Source of the DNA: an uncultured Prochlorococcus sp.
GTDB lineage: Bacteria > Cyanobacteriota > Cyanobacteriia > PCC-6307 > Cyanobiaceae
Assembly (NCBI RefSeq): GCF_902616385.1
Contig: NZ_CACMSM010000007.1
Span: 5,869-69,868 of the forward strand
Direction of reading: 5' to 3'
DNA length: 64,000 bases
A program made the translations under genes and the position numbers. How positions within the stretch are numbered: position 1 is the first letter of the stretch; the number at the start of each line of letters is the position of its first letter. The notes below the pieces were generated by a model that saw only the letters and a list, made by a program, of their open reading frames with translations, did not search any database and was not told the origin of the DNA. Below are positions 1-9,540 of the stretch, piece after piece.

Positions 1-1050
1 AAGAGAAGCTACAGCTGCAGTAACAATACCTCTTGGGGCTAACCAGCCTAAAAATATTTTTTCTTTTAAGTTTAATTCTCTCCCCATTGTTGCTATCCAG
101 ATAGAGATAGGGCGAACAATTACCATCAACGTAAAAACGCAAACAACCCCTCCCCAGCCAAGCGGACTTAATTCACCCCAAGAAACGTCAGCGGCCAAAA
201 GAGGGAAAAGAACTGTAATTGCTAATTGAGCTAATTCACCTATAAGATTATCCAACCTCTCCTTATCTATAACTTCTCTTTTGCCTACAATAAAACCTGC
301 CGCGACTGAGGCCGGTAAGCCTGATTCTGGTAAAAAATATTCGCAAATTCCATACACAAGGAAAATAAATCCAAGGGTTACTTGAAGCTCTATACCAAAT
401 GAAGCTTCATTTTTTATTTTTTTTAAAATTTCTGATAGTAACCATCCTGCACTTAATCCGATTAAGACTCCTCCACCTAATCTTTGCATTAACGCTATAA
501 ATACATCTTTAATCCCACGAAGGTCCCCTAAAGTCAGTTCTAAAAGCAGTAATGCTAGTACTGCACCAATTGGTTCAAGCAACAACCCCTCAGCTTTTAA
601 GACTTCCGATAGTGGAGAAGCTAATTTTATTTGTTCCACTAATGGAGAGACAACTGTTGGTCCAGTAGCTAGAACTATGGCACTATATATTCCTGCGACT
701 TGCCATGAAAGACCAGCCAGCCAATGAGCTATAAAAATTCCAGCTGATAATGAAATAAAAAGTCTTACTAATGAAATTTTCAAAACAGTATTTCTTATAT
801 TACCCTCAGGCAATTTTAAATTTAATCCCCCTTCAAAAAGAACCAAACAAACCAAAAGCCCCACAATAGTTTCAAGCCCTTGCCCAAGATCTAAAGGCTC
901 AACAAGACCTAATCCTGATCTTCCGACGAATAATCCAGAAAGCAATAAAATAACAACACTTGGGAATCCCGTAAAAGAAGAAAATAATCGAGCACAAGCA
1001 CCTGCAAATACAGTTATCCCCCAAAGTAATCCGAGCCTTTCAGGCGTCAT
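1..1050 (-). CDS. Na+/H+ (cation:proton) antiporter, CPA1/NhaP-like; N-terminal part only, C-terminus lies beyond the window edge
   Basis: Minus-strand frame is open from ATG (1050-1048) to base 1. It is absent from the ORF track because it runs off the window. Hand translation begins MTPERLGLLWGITVFAGACARLFSSFTGFPSVVILLLSGLFVGRSGLGLV, a polytopic hydrophobic protein with a Na+/H+ exchanger-like N-terminus. Confidence 0.7.
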   Translation of the reverse strand, partial: MTPERLGLLWGITVFAGACARLFSSFTGFPSVVILLLSGLFVGRSGLGLVEPLDLGQGLETIVGLLVCLVLFEGGLNLKLPEGNIRNTVLKISLVRLFISLSAGIFIAHWLAGLSWQVAGIYSAIVLATGPTVVSPLVEQIKLASPLSEVLKAEGLLLEPIGAVLALLLLELTLGDLRGIKDVFIALMQRLGGGVLIGLSAGWLLSEILKKIKNEASFGIELQVTLGFIFLVYGICEYFLPESGLPASVAAGFIVGKREVIDKERLDNLIGELAQLAITVLFPLLAADVSWGELSPLGWGGVVCVFTLMVIVRPISIWIATMGRELNLKEKIFLGWLAPRGIVTAAVASL

Positions 1051-1213
1051 ATAAATTTATAAATAATAAAAATATTAATTATTTTGATTAAATCAATAAT
1101 CTTATCTCAAGTCCAATAAATACAATACTTTTTAATTTAATTAATCGGCTGAACAAAAGTAATTTTTATTAAATCTTTCAAAACTACTTTTAAGAAAATG
1201 AATTTTACTTCTA

Positions 1214-1390
1214 TTAAGAAAAATGGCTTATTAAAGCAATAATTATAAAAATAATTCCTATACCAACAGTTGCCATCCTTCCATTCCATATTTCAGCTTG
1301 AGGGGTAAAACCTCTTTTCCACAAATTCAGCTCCTTTTTATCAACGAAATTTTTTGTCTCTTCAATCTCGATTTTAGGTTGTTTGTTCAT
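1214..1390 (-). CDS. hli: high-light-inducible protein (HLIP, one-helix CAB-like protein), 58 aa
   Basis: Hand translation: MNKQPKIEIEETKNFVDKKELNLWKRGFTPQAEIWNGRMATVGIGIIFIIIALISHFS*. It contains the HLIP signature GFTxxAExWNGRxA followed by a single TM helix. It falls below the ORF-track size cutoff. Confidence 0.85.
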   Translation of the reverse strand: MNKQPKIEIEETKNFVDKKELNLWKRGFTPQAEIWNGRMATVGIGIIFIIIALISHFS

Positions 1391-1395
1391 TGAAA

Positions 1396-2466
1396 TTAGA
1401 AAGGAGGGTTTTCTTCATAAAGGGTATTTGCTTGTTCAATTGATAGTCTTCCTGCGACACCTAATTTAAGGGAACTTAAATGATCCTTAAATTTGATCCT
1501 GAACAAGGCCGCGGCTCCAATCATAGCGGCATTATCTGTACAAAGATTAAGAGGAGCTAAATGAACTTTAATAGATTTTTTATCAGCTTCCCTAATCATC
1601 ATTTTTCTTAACGTATTGTTAGCAGCTACTCCTCCAACTACAACAACATTATCCAAGCTATGATCTTCTGCGCATCTTATTGTTCTCTCTACCAAGACCT
1701 CTGCCACTACTCTCTCAAAACTTGCAGCAATATCAGGAATTGGAACGGTCTTCCCATCCAAATTCATTCTCTCAACTAATCTTAATACGGCTGTTTTTAG
1801 ACCACTAAAAGAGAAATCATACTTAAGAAATCCACCTTTTTTATCGGAAATCCTACATTTTGGTAAATTAAATTTCATTGGGTCCCCATTTTTAGCAATT
1901 TTTTCAATTGCCGGTCCTCCTGGATAACTAAGACCTAATAGTCTGCCAACTTTATCAAAGGCTTCTCCAGCAGCATCATCAAAACTTTTCCCAAGTCTTT
2001 GCATTCGCCTTCTATCATCAACTTTTATCAATTCGGTATGCCCTCCACTAACAAGTAATGTAAGAAAAGATTTCTTTGGATAATTTTCTGAAAATAGAAT
2101 TGAAGATAAATGTCCCTCCAAATGATGAATTCCCAAAAATGGTTTTGAATGTAACATGCAAAGTGATCTTGCAGTTATTGAACCAACTCGTAAACAACCA
2201 ACTAATCCAGGAGCTACAGTTGATGCAATATAATCAACTTCATCAATTTTGATTTTTGATTCTTCTAAAGCCTCATCTAAAACAAAAGGTAATAATTCTA
2301 AATGCTTTCTAGCTGCAAGTTCAGGAACAACTCCTCCCCATTTTGAATGATCTTCAATTTGAGAGGCAATTATATTTGAATGTATTCTGAAAGTATCGCC
2401 AATATTAGAAACTATTGAGACAGATGTCTCATCACAACTTGTTTCAATAGCTAAAACTTTATGCAT
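1396..2466 (-). CDS. tsaD: tRNA N6-adenosine threonylcarbamoyltransferase TsaD (Gcp/Kae1 family)
   Basis: N-terminus is VLAIETSCDETSVSIV, and the HHLEGH metal-binding motif is present. Length is 356 aa. Confidence 0.93.
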   Translation of the reverse strand: MHKVLAIETSCDETSVSIVSNIGDTFRIHSNIIASQIEDHSKWGGVVPELAARKHLELLPFVLDEALEESKIKIDEVDYIASTVAPGLVGCLRVGSITARSLCMLHSKPFLGIHHLEGHLSSILFSENYPKKSFLTLLVSGGHTELIKVDDRRRMQRLGKSFDDAAGEAFDKVGRLLGLSYPGGPAIEKIAKNGDPMKFNLPKCRISDKKGGFLKYDFSFSGLKTAVLRLVERMNLDGKTVPIPDIAASFERVVAEVLVERTIRCAEDHSLDNVVVVGGVAANNTLRKMMIREADKKSIKVHLAPLNLCTDNAAMIGAAALFRIKFKDHLSSLKLGVAGRLSIEQANTLYEENPPF

Positions 2467-2541
2467 TTTTGATTCAACTTGTCCTATTTTAATATTAATT
2501 TCTTACTTAACACTCTTAAAAGGAATTAAAGATTGCAACTT

Positions 2542-3096
2542 ATGAAATTCTTTTTTTCAATCATAACCTCAGTATTTCTGTTCCTCGGGATTACTCCACT
2601 TGCTCTAGCTGCAAATGGGCCAACCTTAAACGCAGATAGAGCTAGCACAGAATATACTGCTTCAGCTCTCACAAAATGCTCTGAAAATCCCAAATTCATT
2701 GAGAGAGCAAATTCTGCAACCACTCAAAAAGACATCGCAAGATTTGAAAGATACGGAAAGGCATCATGCGGAGATGATGGTCTTCCACATTTAATAATTG
2801 GACCTCCTCTAGAGCCATGGGGAGCACTTTTGAATAGAGGTCATGAAGGAGATTTACTTATTCCTGGAGTATTGTTCATTTACATTGCTGGAATTATAGG
2901 TTGGTCAGGAAGGGAGTATCTCATTGAATCAAAAAAGACTAAGAATCCAGCAGATCTTGAGATCATTATCGACTTAGACTTAGCCAGAAAATGTCTTGTA
3001 AAAGGAGCGCAATGGCCTCTTCTTGCTAATAAACAAGGTAGAAATGGAGATTTAAGAGAGAAGGATAACAATATTACACTTAATGGTCCTCGCTAA
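2542..3096 (+). CDS. psaF: photosystem I reaction centre subunit III (PsaF)
   Basis: Signal peptide followed by CSENPKFIERA..FERYGKASCGDDGLPHLI..GDLLIPG..FIYIAGIIGWSGREY, typical of PsaF. ATG at 2542 is preferred over the in-frame TTG at 2533 used in the ORF track. Confidence 0.9.
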   Translation: MKFFFSIITSVFLFLGITPLALAANGPTLNADRASTEYTASALTKCSENPKFIERANSATTQKDIARFERYGKASCGDDGLPHLIIGPPLEPWGALLNRGHEGDLLIPGVLFIYIAGIIGWSGREYLIESKKTKNPADLEIIIDLDLARKCLVKGAQWPLLANKQGRNGDLREKDNNITLNGPR

Positions 3097-3124
3097 ACAT
3101 CTTTAAAAAACTTTCATAAAACAA

Positions 3125-3259
3125 ATGTTCAAAATTCTAAACACAAAATTTGTCAGATCTGCCCCAGTGGTAGCAGCAATTTGGCTAAGCCTTACAGCTG
3201 GAATAATTATTGAATTTAATAGGTTTTTTCCAGATTTATTGTTCCATCCAATGAGTTGA
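3125..3259 (+). CDS. psaJ: photosystem I subunit IX (PsaJ), 44 aa
   Basis: Hand translation: [44 protein letters not shown]. It has the conserved PsaJ core (APV..W....G..IE.NRFFPD) and sits 28 nt downstream of psaF, the usual psaF-psaJ arrangement. Confidence 0.9.
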   Translation: MFKILNTKFVRSAPVVAAIWLSLTAGIIIEFNRFFPDLLFHPMS

Positions 3260-3268
3260 TAAAGAGAA

Positions 3269-3304
3269 AATAATCAAGTTTTTATTAACTTGATTATTTT
3301 TTTT
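3269..3304 (+). terminator. rho-independent terminator candidate for psaF-psaJ
   Basis: Perfect 12-bp inverted repeat aataatcaagtt (3269-3280) / aacttgattatt (3287-3298) with a 6-nt loop, followed by a T-run to 3304. The structure overlaps the last codons of convergent gmk. Confidence 0.5.
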
Positions 3305-3828
3305 GCTGTTTCATCAACATTGTTATTTGTTAATGCAAAATCAAACTGATTTGATACTGAAATCTCATAATTAGCCCTTGAGAGTCTTTTCTTAATTGCA
3401 TCTTCTTTTTCTGTACCTCTATTTCTTATTCTTCTTTCTAACTCCTCTTTATCCGGAGGAAGTAAAAATATTGAAAGTGAATTAGGAAACTTATTTTTTA
3501 TTTGCCTTGCACCCTCTACTTCAATTTCAAGTAGTACAGTAAATCCCTTTTTTATTTTCTCATTTACAGATGAGAAAGGGGTTCCATAGTAGTTTCCAGC
3601 AAATTGAGCCCATTCAAGGAACAGGTTTTGTTCAATCATTTCTTTAAACTTTTCTTGATTTAAAAAAAAGTAATTTTCTCCGTCCTTCTCTCCCTTTCTA
3701 GGTTCTCTAGTTGTTGCAGATATTGAAAGCCAAAAATTTTTCTCTTTACCTAATATTTCTTTAACAACTGTTCCTTTACCCACCCCGCTGGGTCCAGTAA
3801 GGATAATAAGTTTTTTTTGATTTTTCAT
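3274..3828 (-). CDS. gmk: guanylate kinase
   Basis: P-loop GPSGVGKGT, then SATTREPRKGE.DG..Y.F. Length is 184 aa. Confidence 0.95.
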   Translation of the reverse strand: MKNQKKLIILTGPSGVGKGTVVKEILGKEKNFWLSISATTREPRKGEKDGENYFFLNQEKFKEMIEQNLFLEWAQFAGNYYGTPFSSVNEKIKKGFTVLLEIEVEGARQIKNKFPNSLSIFLLPPDKEELERRIRNRGTEKEDAIKKRLSRANYEISVSNQFDFALTNNNVDETAKKIIKLIKT

Positions 3829-3877
3829 ATTAAATTTTTTACAGTAAAATAGAAATCTTGTGAATTGAAAAGGAATA

Positions 3878-5602
3878 ATGCAAAAAGGTGTTCCACAGAT
3901 AATGGATATTACATCTATTAGATCTGTCTTGCATTATTTGACAAAGAACATCTTACCTACAAAGTTTGAGACTGCCCAACAACCAGAGCCTAATACAATT
4001 CAGTTATGTTTCAGAGGAGTTGATTCTCAAACATGGTTAGAAGTTTCATGGAATGGAGACTCTCCAAGAATACTAAAAATAAATAAGCCAGAAAAGATTG
4101 GGAGAGAAAGCACACTTTCCAAACAAATAAGATACGGATTAAAGTATATGGCTTTAATTTCGATTGATCAAGATGATTTCGAGCGAGTTATAAAATTTAG
4201 TTTTGCGAAAAAACCTGGAGATGAAATTAATAAGTATCTAATTTTTGAACTAATGGGAAAACATAGTAATATTTTTTATCTGGATAATAAACATAAAATA
4301 ATTGCCGTTGGTAAACAAATTAAATCAAGTCAATCTAGTTTTAGAACAATTTCAACAGGATCAATTTATTCTGGCCCTCCAGTCAATCTCAAAAAACAAC
4401 CTAGAGAAGATGAGTCTTTTCAATCATGGAAAGACTCAATTTCAATAGTACCTGAGTCTTTGAAATACTGTTTAATAAATACCTATCAAGGAGTAAGCCC
4501 TATCCTCACAAAACAATTAGAGGTTGTTAGCGCAACTGTTAATTCAGAAATAATGGAAAAAAATATTGATTTCATTAGCAACTCAGACTTAAAGGAGATA
4601 TTTAAAAATTGGAAGATTTGGATAAACAGGTTTAAAAACAATAACTTTAACTTTTCTACATTTAACAAAGATTTTTATTGCGTTTGGTTTTTTGATAATG
4701 AAATTAATTGCGAAAATAAAATAGATTTATGCACAAGCTTAGAGAATTATTATGATTATCATCTGAAACAAAAAAAACTTGAATTATTGGAAAAGAAAAT
4801 TGAAGGGATAATTTTTAAACAGATCAATACTGAGAAAAAGAATTTAAATATTCAATATGATCTTCTGACAAAATCAGAAAACTACGAGATGTATAAAGAA
4901 AAAGCTGATAATATATTTGCTTCTCATGAAATTAAAAAACAAGATATTATAAAGGGGCAAAAACTTTATAAAAAATCAAAAAAACTAAAGAGATCTAGAG
5001 AATTAATAAAAGAAAGACTAAATATTTACAAAACAAATATAGAGAGATTAGAAGAATTCACTACACTTCTAGAAAATTTAAATTCTTTAAATCATGAAAA
5101 ACTTTTTATAAAAATCAAACTGCTAGAAGAAATTATGGAAGAAATTTGTAACGAGTTTAATATCAATATCAAGAAGCAAAGAGAAGATCAGAAAAGTACA
5201 TATGAGATAGAGTCTTCACCAATTCAAGTTGACACTCCCACAGGATTAAAGCTTCAGGTAGGGCGAAATATGAGGCAAAATGACTTAATAAGCTTTAAGT
5301 TCTCAAAAAAAGGCGATTTATGGTTTCATGCACAGGAATCACCAGGCAGTCATGTAGTTTTGAAGTCTTCATCTCAAGTAGCATCTGAACAAGATCTTCA
5401 AATAGCTGCAGATTTAGCTGCTTTATTTAGTAAGGCAAAAAGAAACATTAAAGTTCCAATTAATTTAGTAAAGATTAAAGATTTGCAAAAAATCAAAAAC
5501 GGAGGACCTGGTTGCGTTTCCTTTAAAAATGGAGAAATTATTTGGGGAAATCCTACAAGAGGAGAAGATTACATTAAAAAAAATCTTAAAACAGTAATTT
5601 AG
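3878..5602 (+). CDS. NFACT-family protein (fibronectin-binding protein A N-terminal domain + coiled coil + DUF814/NFACT-R; RqcH-like)
   Basis: 574 aa with a long K/E-rich coiled-coil middle section. The C-terminal segment GDLWFHAQESPGSHVVLK is typical of NFACT-R/DUF814. Confidence 0.75.
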   Translation: MQKGVPQIMDITSIRSVLHYLTKNILPTKFETAQQPEPNTIQLCFRGVDSQTWLEVSWNGDSPRILKINKPEKIGRESTLSKQIRYGLKYMALISIDQDDFERVIKFSFAKKPGDEINKYLIFELMGKHSNIFYLDNKHKIIAVGKQIKSSQSSFRTISTGSIYSGPPVNLKKQPREDESFQSWKDSISIVPESLKYCLINTYQGVSPILTKQLEVVSATVNSEIMEKNIDFISNSDLKEIFKNWKIWINRFKNNNFNFSTFNKDFYCVWFFDNEINCENKIDLCTSLENYYDYHLKQKKLELLEKKIEGIIFKQINTEKKNLNIQYDLLTKSENYEMYKEKADNIFASHEIKKQDIIKGQKLYKKSKKLKRSRELIKERLNIYKTNIERLEEFTTLLENLNSLNHEKLFIKIKLLEEIMEEICNEFNINIKKQREDQKSTYEIESSPIQVDTPTGLKLQVGRNMRQNDLISFKFSKKGDLWFHAQESPGSHVVLKSSSQVASEQDLQIAADLAALFSKAKRNIKVPINLVKIKDLQKIKNGGPGCVSFKNGEIIWGNPTRGEDYIKKNLKTVI

Positions 5603-5632
5603 TTTATAATAAAATAAATTTTTTAAATCTAA

Positions 5633-5893
5633 ATGTTTGATTTTCTTTTAGGCACTCATGAATTTTTAGGAAATCATAGTTTTCCAGAATTTATTGTTGG
5701 ATATCTATTTGGTGCTGCATTAATAATTGGAGCTCCTACTGTTTTCTTACTACTTGCCTTCGTAAGTGCTTTAATGAAAACAAATGGGAAAATGGGTGGA
5801 TATAGAGAATATGAAACTTATGGTGAATCTTCCTTAAATGATGCTCCTCCTTTCTTATTACCAGATCCAACAAATCCTAAATTAAGCAAATAA
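5633..5893 (+). CDS. hypothetical small membrane protein (one TM helix)
   Basis: 86-aa ORF with one clear hydrophobic helix (FIVGYLFGAALIIGAPTVFLLLAFVSAL). No family recognised. Confidence 0.45.
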   Translation: MFDFLLGTHEFLGNHSFPEFIVGYLFGAALIIGAPTVFLLLAFVSALMKTNGKMGGYREYETYGESSLNDAPPFLLPDPTNPKLSK

Positions 5894-5973
5894 TTAAGTT
5901 TGTTGAAAAATAAATTGGACTTTGGCAATAATAGTTTTAAACCTTTTTCTTAGACAATTTTTATCAAATAATA

Positions 5974-6732
5974 ATGAGAGGTACAGGTCAAAGTAAAAAA
6001 AAATTATCAGATTCGATGACTTTTAGTGATCATTTAGAGGAGCTTCGTCAAAGGATACTAAACTCAATTTACTCAATACTTATTTCAATATTCTTTAGTT
6101 TTCTCATCATAAAGCCATTAATATCTTTTTTAGAAATTCCAGCTGGTGATATTCATTTACTACAACTTGCTCCAGGAGAGTTTTTATTTGTCGCTATTAA
6201 AGTTGCAGGTTACAGCGGATTGATAGTTTCTATGCCTTATATTTTTTATCAAATAATATTATTCATTTCTCCTGGTCTAACAAAACAAGAAAAAAGCCTT
6301 ATCTTGCCAGCAGTTGCTGGTTCAGGTCTTCTATTTTTTTTAGGATTAATTTTTTCATGGTGGATATTAGTCCCTGCAGCAATAAATTTCTTTATTAGTT
6401 TCGGTGCTGATATTGTTGAACCAACTTGGTCTATAGAGAGATATTTTGATTTTGTTCTCTTATTAATGTCCAGCACCGCAATAGCTTTTCAATTGCCAGT
6501 ATTGCAATTTATTCTTGGTTCTCTTGGAATAATCACAACAGAAAAAATGATTTCGAATTGGAAGATAGTTGTAATTTCCTCCGCAATATTATCTGCAGTG
6601 ATTACCCCTTCAACAGACCCATTAACCATGTCATTGCTATCTATATCGATTGTGTTTTTATTTTTTGTGGGTACTGGATTAACTTACTTATCAGAAAATC
6701 TTAAGTCAAAAACTCTTTCATCTTCTCATTAA
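5974..6732 (+). CDS. tatC: twin-arginine translocase subunit TatC
   Basis: HLEELR.R N-terminal motif and six predicted TM helices. Length is 252 aa. Confidence 0.9.
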   Translation: MRGTGQSKKKLSDSMTFSDHLEELRQRILNSIYSILISIFFSFLIIKPLISFLEIPAGDIHLLQLAPGEFLFVAIKVAGYSGLIVSMPYIFYQIILFISPGLTKQEKSLILPAVAGSGLLFFLGLIFSWWILVPAAINFFISFGADIVEPTWSIERYFDFVLLLMSSTAIAFQLPVLQFILGSLGIITTEKMISNWKIVVISSAILSAVITPSTDPLTMSLLSISIVFLFFVGTGLTYLSENLKSKTLSSSH

Positions 6733-7018
6733 GATCTAATTGCAAGCTGACAGCTCTACCTAACCTTGGCTTAGCATTGACTTTCTTAAGCCATTCCCTT
6801 ACTTCTTCTGAATATCCACATCTATTTAAAATCTCAATTTTATCAGCTATCGATTTTTTATATTCATCTTCACTTAAAGGGAATGATTCCTGTCCAAGAA
6901 ATCCCCACATCATTTGAAAATACAAGAATTTTCCTCTTCTAAAGAGTCTAAAATCATATTTTTTCCCCCAGCGATGAATCAAATAATGTAAAACTTCATC
7001 TACTAACAAAGGGTTCAT
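6701..7018 (-). CDS. conserved cyanobacterial hypothetical protein (DUF3067-like)
   Basis: 105-aa ORF with non-random composition. Its 3' end overlaps the tatC 3' end by 32 nt in convergent orientation. The family call is from memory. Confidence 0.6.
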   Translation of the reverse strand: MNPLLVDEVLHYLIHRWGKKYDFRLFRRGKFLYFQMMWGFLGQESFPLSEDEYKKSIADKIEILNRCGYSEEVREWLKKVNAKPRLGRAVSLQLDLNEKMKEFLT

Positions 7019-7141
7019 TTAAATCAATTAATTAAGACTTCCTAAACTTTTACTTTAAATTATTAAAAGTCCTATCTATTTGCAACAGAAATTGAACAAT
7101 TTGCTTCATAATAACTAATAAATAACAGAACCAAGTAGCGA

Positions 7142-7678
7142 ATGACTCAATTAAGTTCCAATGATGTCCCTTCTATGGGTCGAAGGCAATTTATGAATCT
7201 TCTTACATTTGGGACTGCTACTGGTGTAGCTTTAGGAGCCCTTTACCCTGTAGCGAATTATTTCATGCCTTTAAGAGCAGGCGGTGGTGGAGGTGGAACT
7301 TCTGCTAAAGATGAATTAGGTAATCCAATAACTAAGACAGGTTGGTTAGCTACCCATCAAGCAGGTGACAGAAGTCTAGTTCAGGGTCTAAAGGGAGATC
7401 CAACTTATTTAATAGTTAATGAGGGTGGTGAAATAGGAGAATTTGGTTTAAATGCAATTTGTACTCATTTAGGTTGTGTTGTCCCATGGGATAGTGGTGC
7501 CAATAAATTTATATGTCCTTGTCATGGCAGTCAGTACGATACTAACGGGAAGGTAGTAAGAGGGCCTGCGCCTTTATCTTTAGCTCTAGCTCATGTCGAT
7601 ATTGAAGATGATGCTGTACTCGTCAAACAATGGTCAGAAACTGACTTTAGAACTAATGAAAATCCATGGTGGGCATAA
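7142..7678 (+). CDS. petC: cytochrome b6-f complex Rieske iron-sulfur subunit
   Basis: Tat-type N-terminus (GRRQFMN), poly-Gly hinge, and the Rieske boxes CTHLGCV and CPCHGS. Confidence 0.96.
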   Translation: MTQLSSNDVPSMGRRQFMNLLTFGTATGVALGALYPVANYFMPLRAGGGGGGTSAKDELGNPITKTGWLATHQAGDRSLVQGLKGDPTYLIVNEGGEIGEFGLNAICTHLGCVVPWDSGANKFICPCHGSQYDTNGKVVRGPAPLSLALAHVDIEDDAVLVKQWSETDFRTNENPWWA

Positions 7679-7682
7679 AAAA

Positions 7683-8636
7683 ATGAAAGGTCTTAAAAAT
7701 CAAATCATGAAAAAAACAAGTTTATTTATCTGTACTCTGCTTTTCATTTCAAGCATTGTATTTTATCCAGAGATCAGTTTTGCTTATCCATTTTGGGCTC
7801 AGCAAAACTACGAATCCCCAAGAGAAGCCACAGGTAAGATAGTTTGTGCGAATTGTCATCTAGCTCAGATGCCTACAATTGCAGAGGTTCCACAATCTGT
7901 TGGAGCAGACAGTGTTTTCAAAGCTGTAGTAAAAATACCCTACAAAAATGATTTAAAAGAGATAGGGGCTGATGGTTCGGAAGTCCCATTACAAGTTGGT
8001 GCTGTTGTAATGCTGCCTGATGGCTTTAAACTTGCTCCACAAGAAAGATGGACCGAAGAAATAAAAGAGGAGACAGAAGGGGTTTATTTCACTAACTACA
8101 GTGAAAATAAAGACAATATCATTATTGTCGGACCTTTACCTGGCGATACCAATAAAGAAATTGTTTTCCCTGTACTTTCCCCTGACCCATCCACTAATAA
8201 AGAATATCACTATGGAAAATACTCGTTACATATTGGAGGCAATAGAGGTAGAGGTCAGGTATATCCAACTGGAGAAAAGAGCAATAATGTAGTATTCACT
8301 TCTTCCACGTCAGGAACTATAAACTCAATAGAAACAATTGAAGATGGTAGCTATCAAGTCAATATAGAAAACGATAATGGTGAAATAACTACTGAAGCAG
8401 TGCCTGCTGGTCCTCAACTTATCGTAAAAGAGCAAGACAACATTAATATAGGTGACCCTCTTACTAATGATCCCAACGTTGGTGGCTTTGGGCAATTAGA
8501 TGCTGAGGTTGTACTTCAGAGCCCTTATAGAGTTATTGGATTGATTGCATTCTTCATTGGTGTAGGCCTAACACAAATACTTTTAGTATTAAAGAAAAAA
8601 CAAGTAGAAAAAGTGCAGGCAGCAGAGGGTATCTAA
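7683..8636 (+). CDS. petA: apocytochrome f
   Basis: Signal peptide ends ..SFA, followed by the mature N-terminus YPFWAQQ. It has the heme motif CANCH and a C-terminal TM anchor. The ORF-track start at 7593 is an in-frame extension overlapping petC; ATG 7683 is preferred. Confidence 0.95.
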   Translation: MKGLKNQIMKKTSLFICTLLFISSIVFYPEISFAYPFWAQQNYESPREATGKIVCANCHLAQMPTIAEVPQSVGADSVFKAVVKIPYKNDLKEIGADGSEVPLQVGAVVMLPDGFKLAPQERWTEEIKEETEGVYFTNYSENKDNIIIVGPLPGDTNKEIVFPVLSPDPSTNKEYHYGKYSLHIGGNRGRGQVYPTGEKSNNVVFTSSTSGTINSIETIEDGSYQVNIENDNGEITTEAVPAGPQLIVKEQDNINIGDPLTNDPNVGGFGQLDAEVVLQSPYRVIGLIAFFIGVGLTQILLVLKKKQVEKVQAAEGI

Positions 8637-8646
8637 CTTTCTCTAA

Positions 8647-9540
8647 ATGCTTATACTTCAAGCTTTTATACAATCTCCAGGAGAAAATTTTTTAAATTTA
8701 GGATTTATAACTATTAGATGGTACGGACTTCTTATTTCGGTTTCAGTTTTAATAGGCCTATTTGTCTCTAAAAAACTAGCAAAGGCAAGAAATATTAACC
8801 CAGAGTACATTAGTGAAATACTTCCATCATTAATAATCTCTTCAATAATTGGAGCAAGAGCTTATTACGTAATTTTTGAGTGGAGGCAATATAGCGGAGA
8901 GAACTTTTTTACTTCTTTTAAACTATTCAATAACCTTATTCAAATACCTTCTTTTCTTGCAGTTTGGGAAGGAGGCATAGCAATCCATGGAGGTCTAATT
9001 GGAGGATTAATATCTGTTATCTATTTCTGTAAATCGAAAAAAATTAATTTAAAAACTTTTATAGATATATTAATACCCTCGATAATTCTTGGACAATCAA
9101 TAGGAAGGTGGGGAAATTTTTTCAATAATGAAGCCTTTGGAGTTCCTACAAATTTGCCTTGGAAATTATTTATACCTATCCAAAATAGGCCTTTAGAATT
9201 TCTTAATTATGAATTTTTTCATCCTACATTTCTCTATGAGTCATTATGGAATCTTTTAATTTTCATCGTCCTTATTTTTACCTTTAACAAACAAAATAAA
9301 ACAGATTTTTTCAGGCCTGGCTTTATTAGCTGTCTTTATTTAATAAGTTATAGCTTTGGAAGATTCTGGATTGAAGGTTTGAGAACTGACCCACTATGCA
9401 TTGGTGGACTTCCACCTTTCTGTGATGGCGGTATAAGAATGGCTCAATTTATAAGTATTTTTCTATTTTCTTCTGGATTAATTGGAATATTTTTTTTAAG
9501 ATTGAGAATATATAGTGGGAAAAATAGAAAGAATGGATAA
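8647..9540 (+). CDS. lgt: prolipoprotein diacylglyceryl transferase
   Basis: [13 protein letters not shown] motif in a polytopic membrane protein of 297 aa. Confidence 0.9.
   Translation: MLILQAFIQSPGENFLNLGFITIRWYGLLISVSVLIGLFVSKKLAKARNINPEYISEILPSLIISSIIGARAYYVIFEWRQYSGENFFTSFKLFNNLIQIPSFLAVWEGGIAIHGGLIGGLISVIYFCKSKKINLKTFIDILIPSIILGQSIGRWGNFFNNEAFGVPTNLPWKLFIPIQNRPLEFLNYEFFHPTFLYESLWNLLIFIVLIFTFNKQNKTDFFRPGFISCLYLISYSFGRFWIEGLRTDPLCIGGLPPFCDGGIRMAQFISIFLFSSGLIGIFFLRLRIYSGKNRKNG

Noticed and set aside
1391-1500. HLR1-type high-light regulatory direct repeat upstream of hli
   Set aside because: Only loose TTAAG/TTAAA repeats are present, with no (G/T)TTACA(T/A)(T/A)-N2-TTACA pattern. A regulatory site cannot be supported.
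7593-7682. Upstream extension of petA in the ORF track (start at 7593, overlapping the petC end)
   Set aside because: The extension encodes non-signal-like sequence overlapping petC. ATG 7683 gives a normal basic N-region, hydrophobic signal peptide and AxA-type cleavage before the YPFWAQQ mature end.
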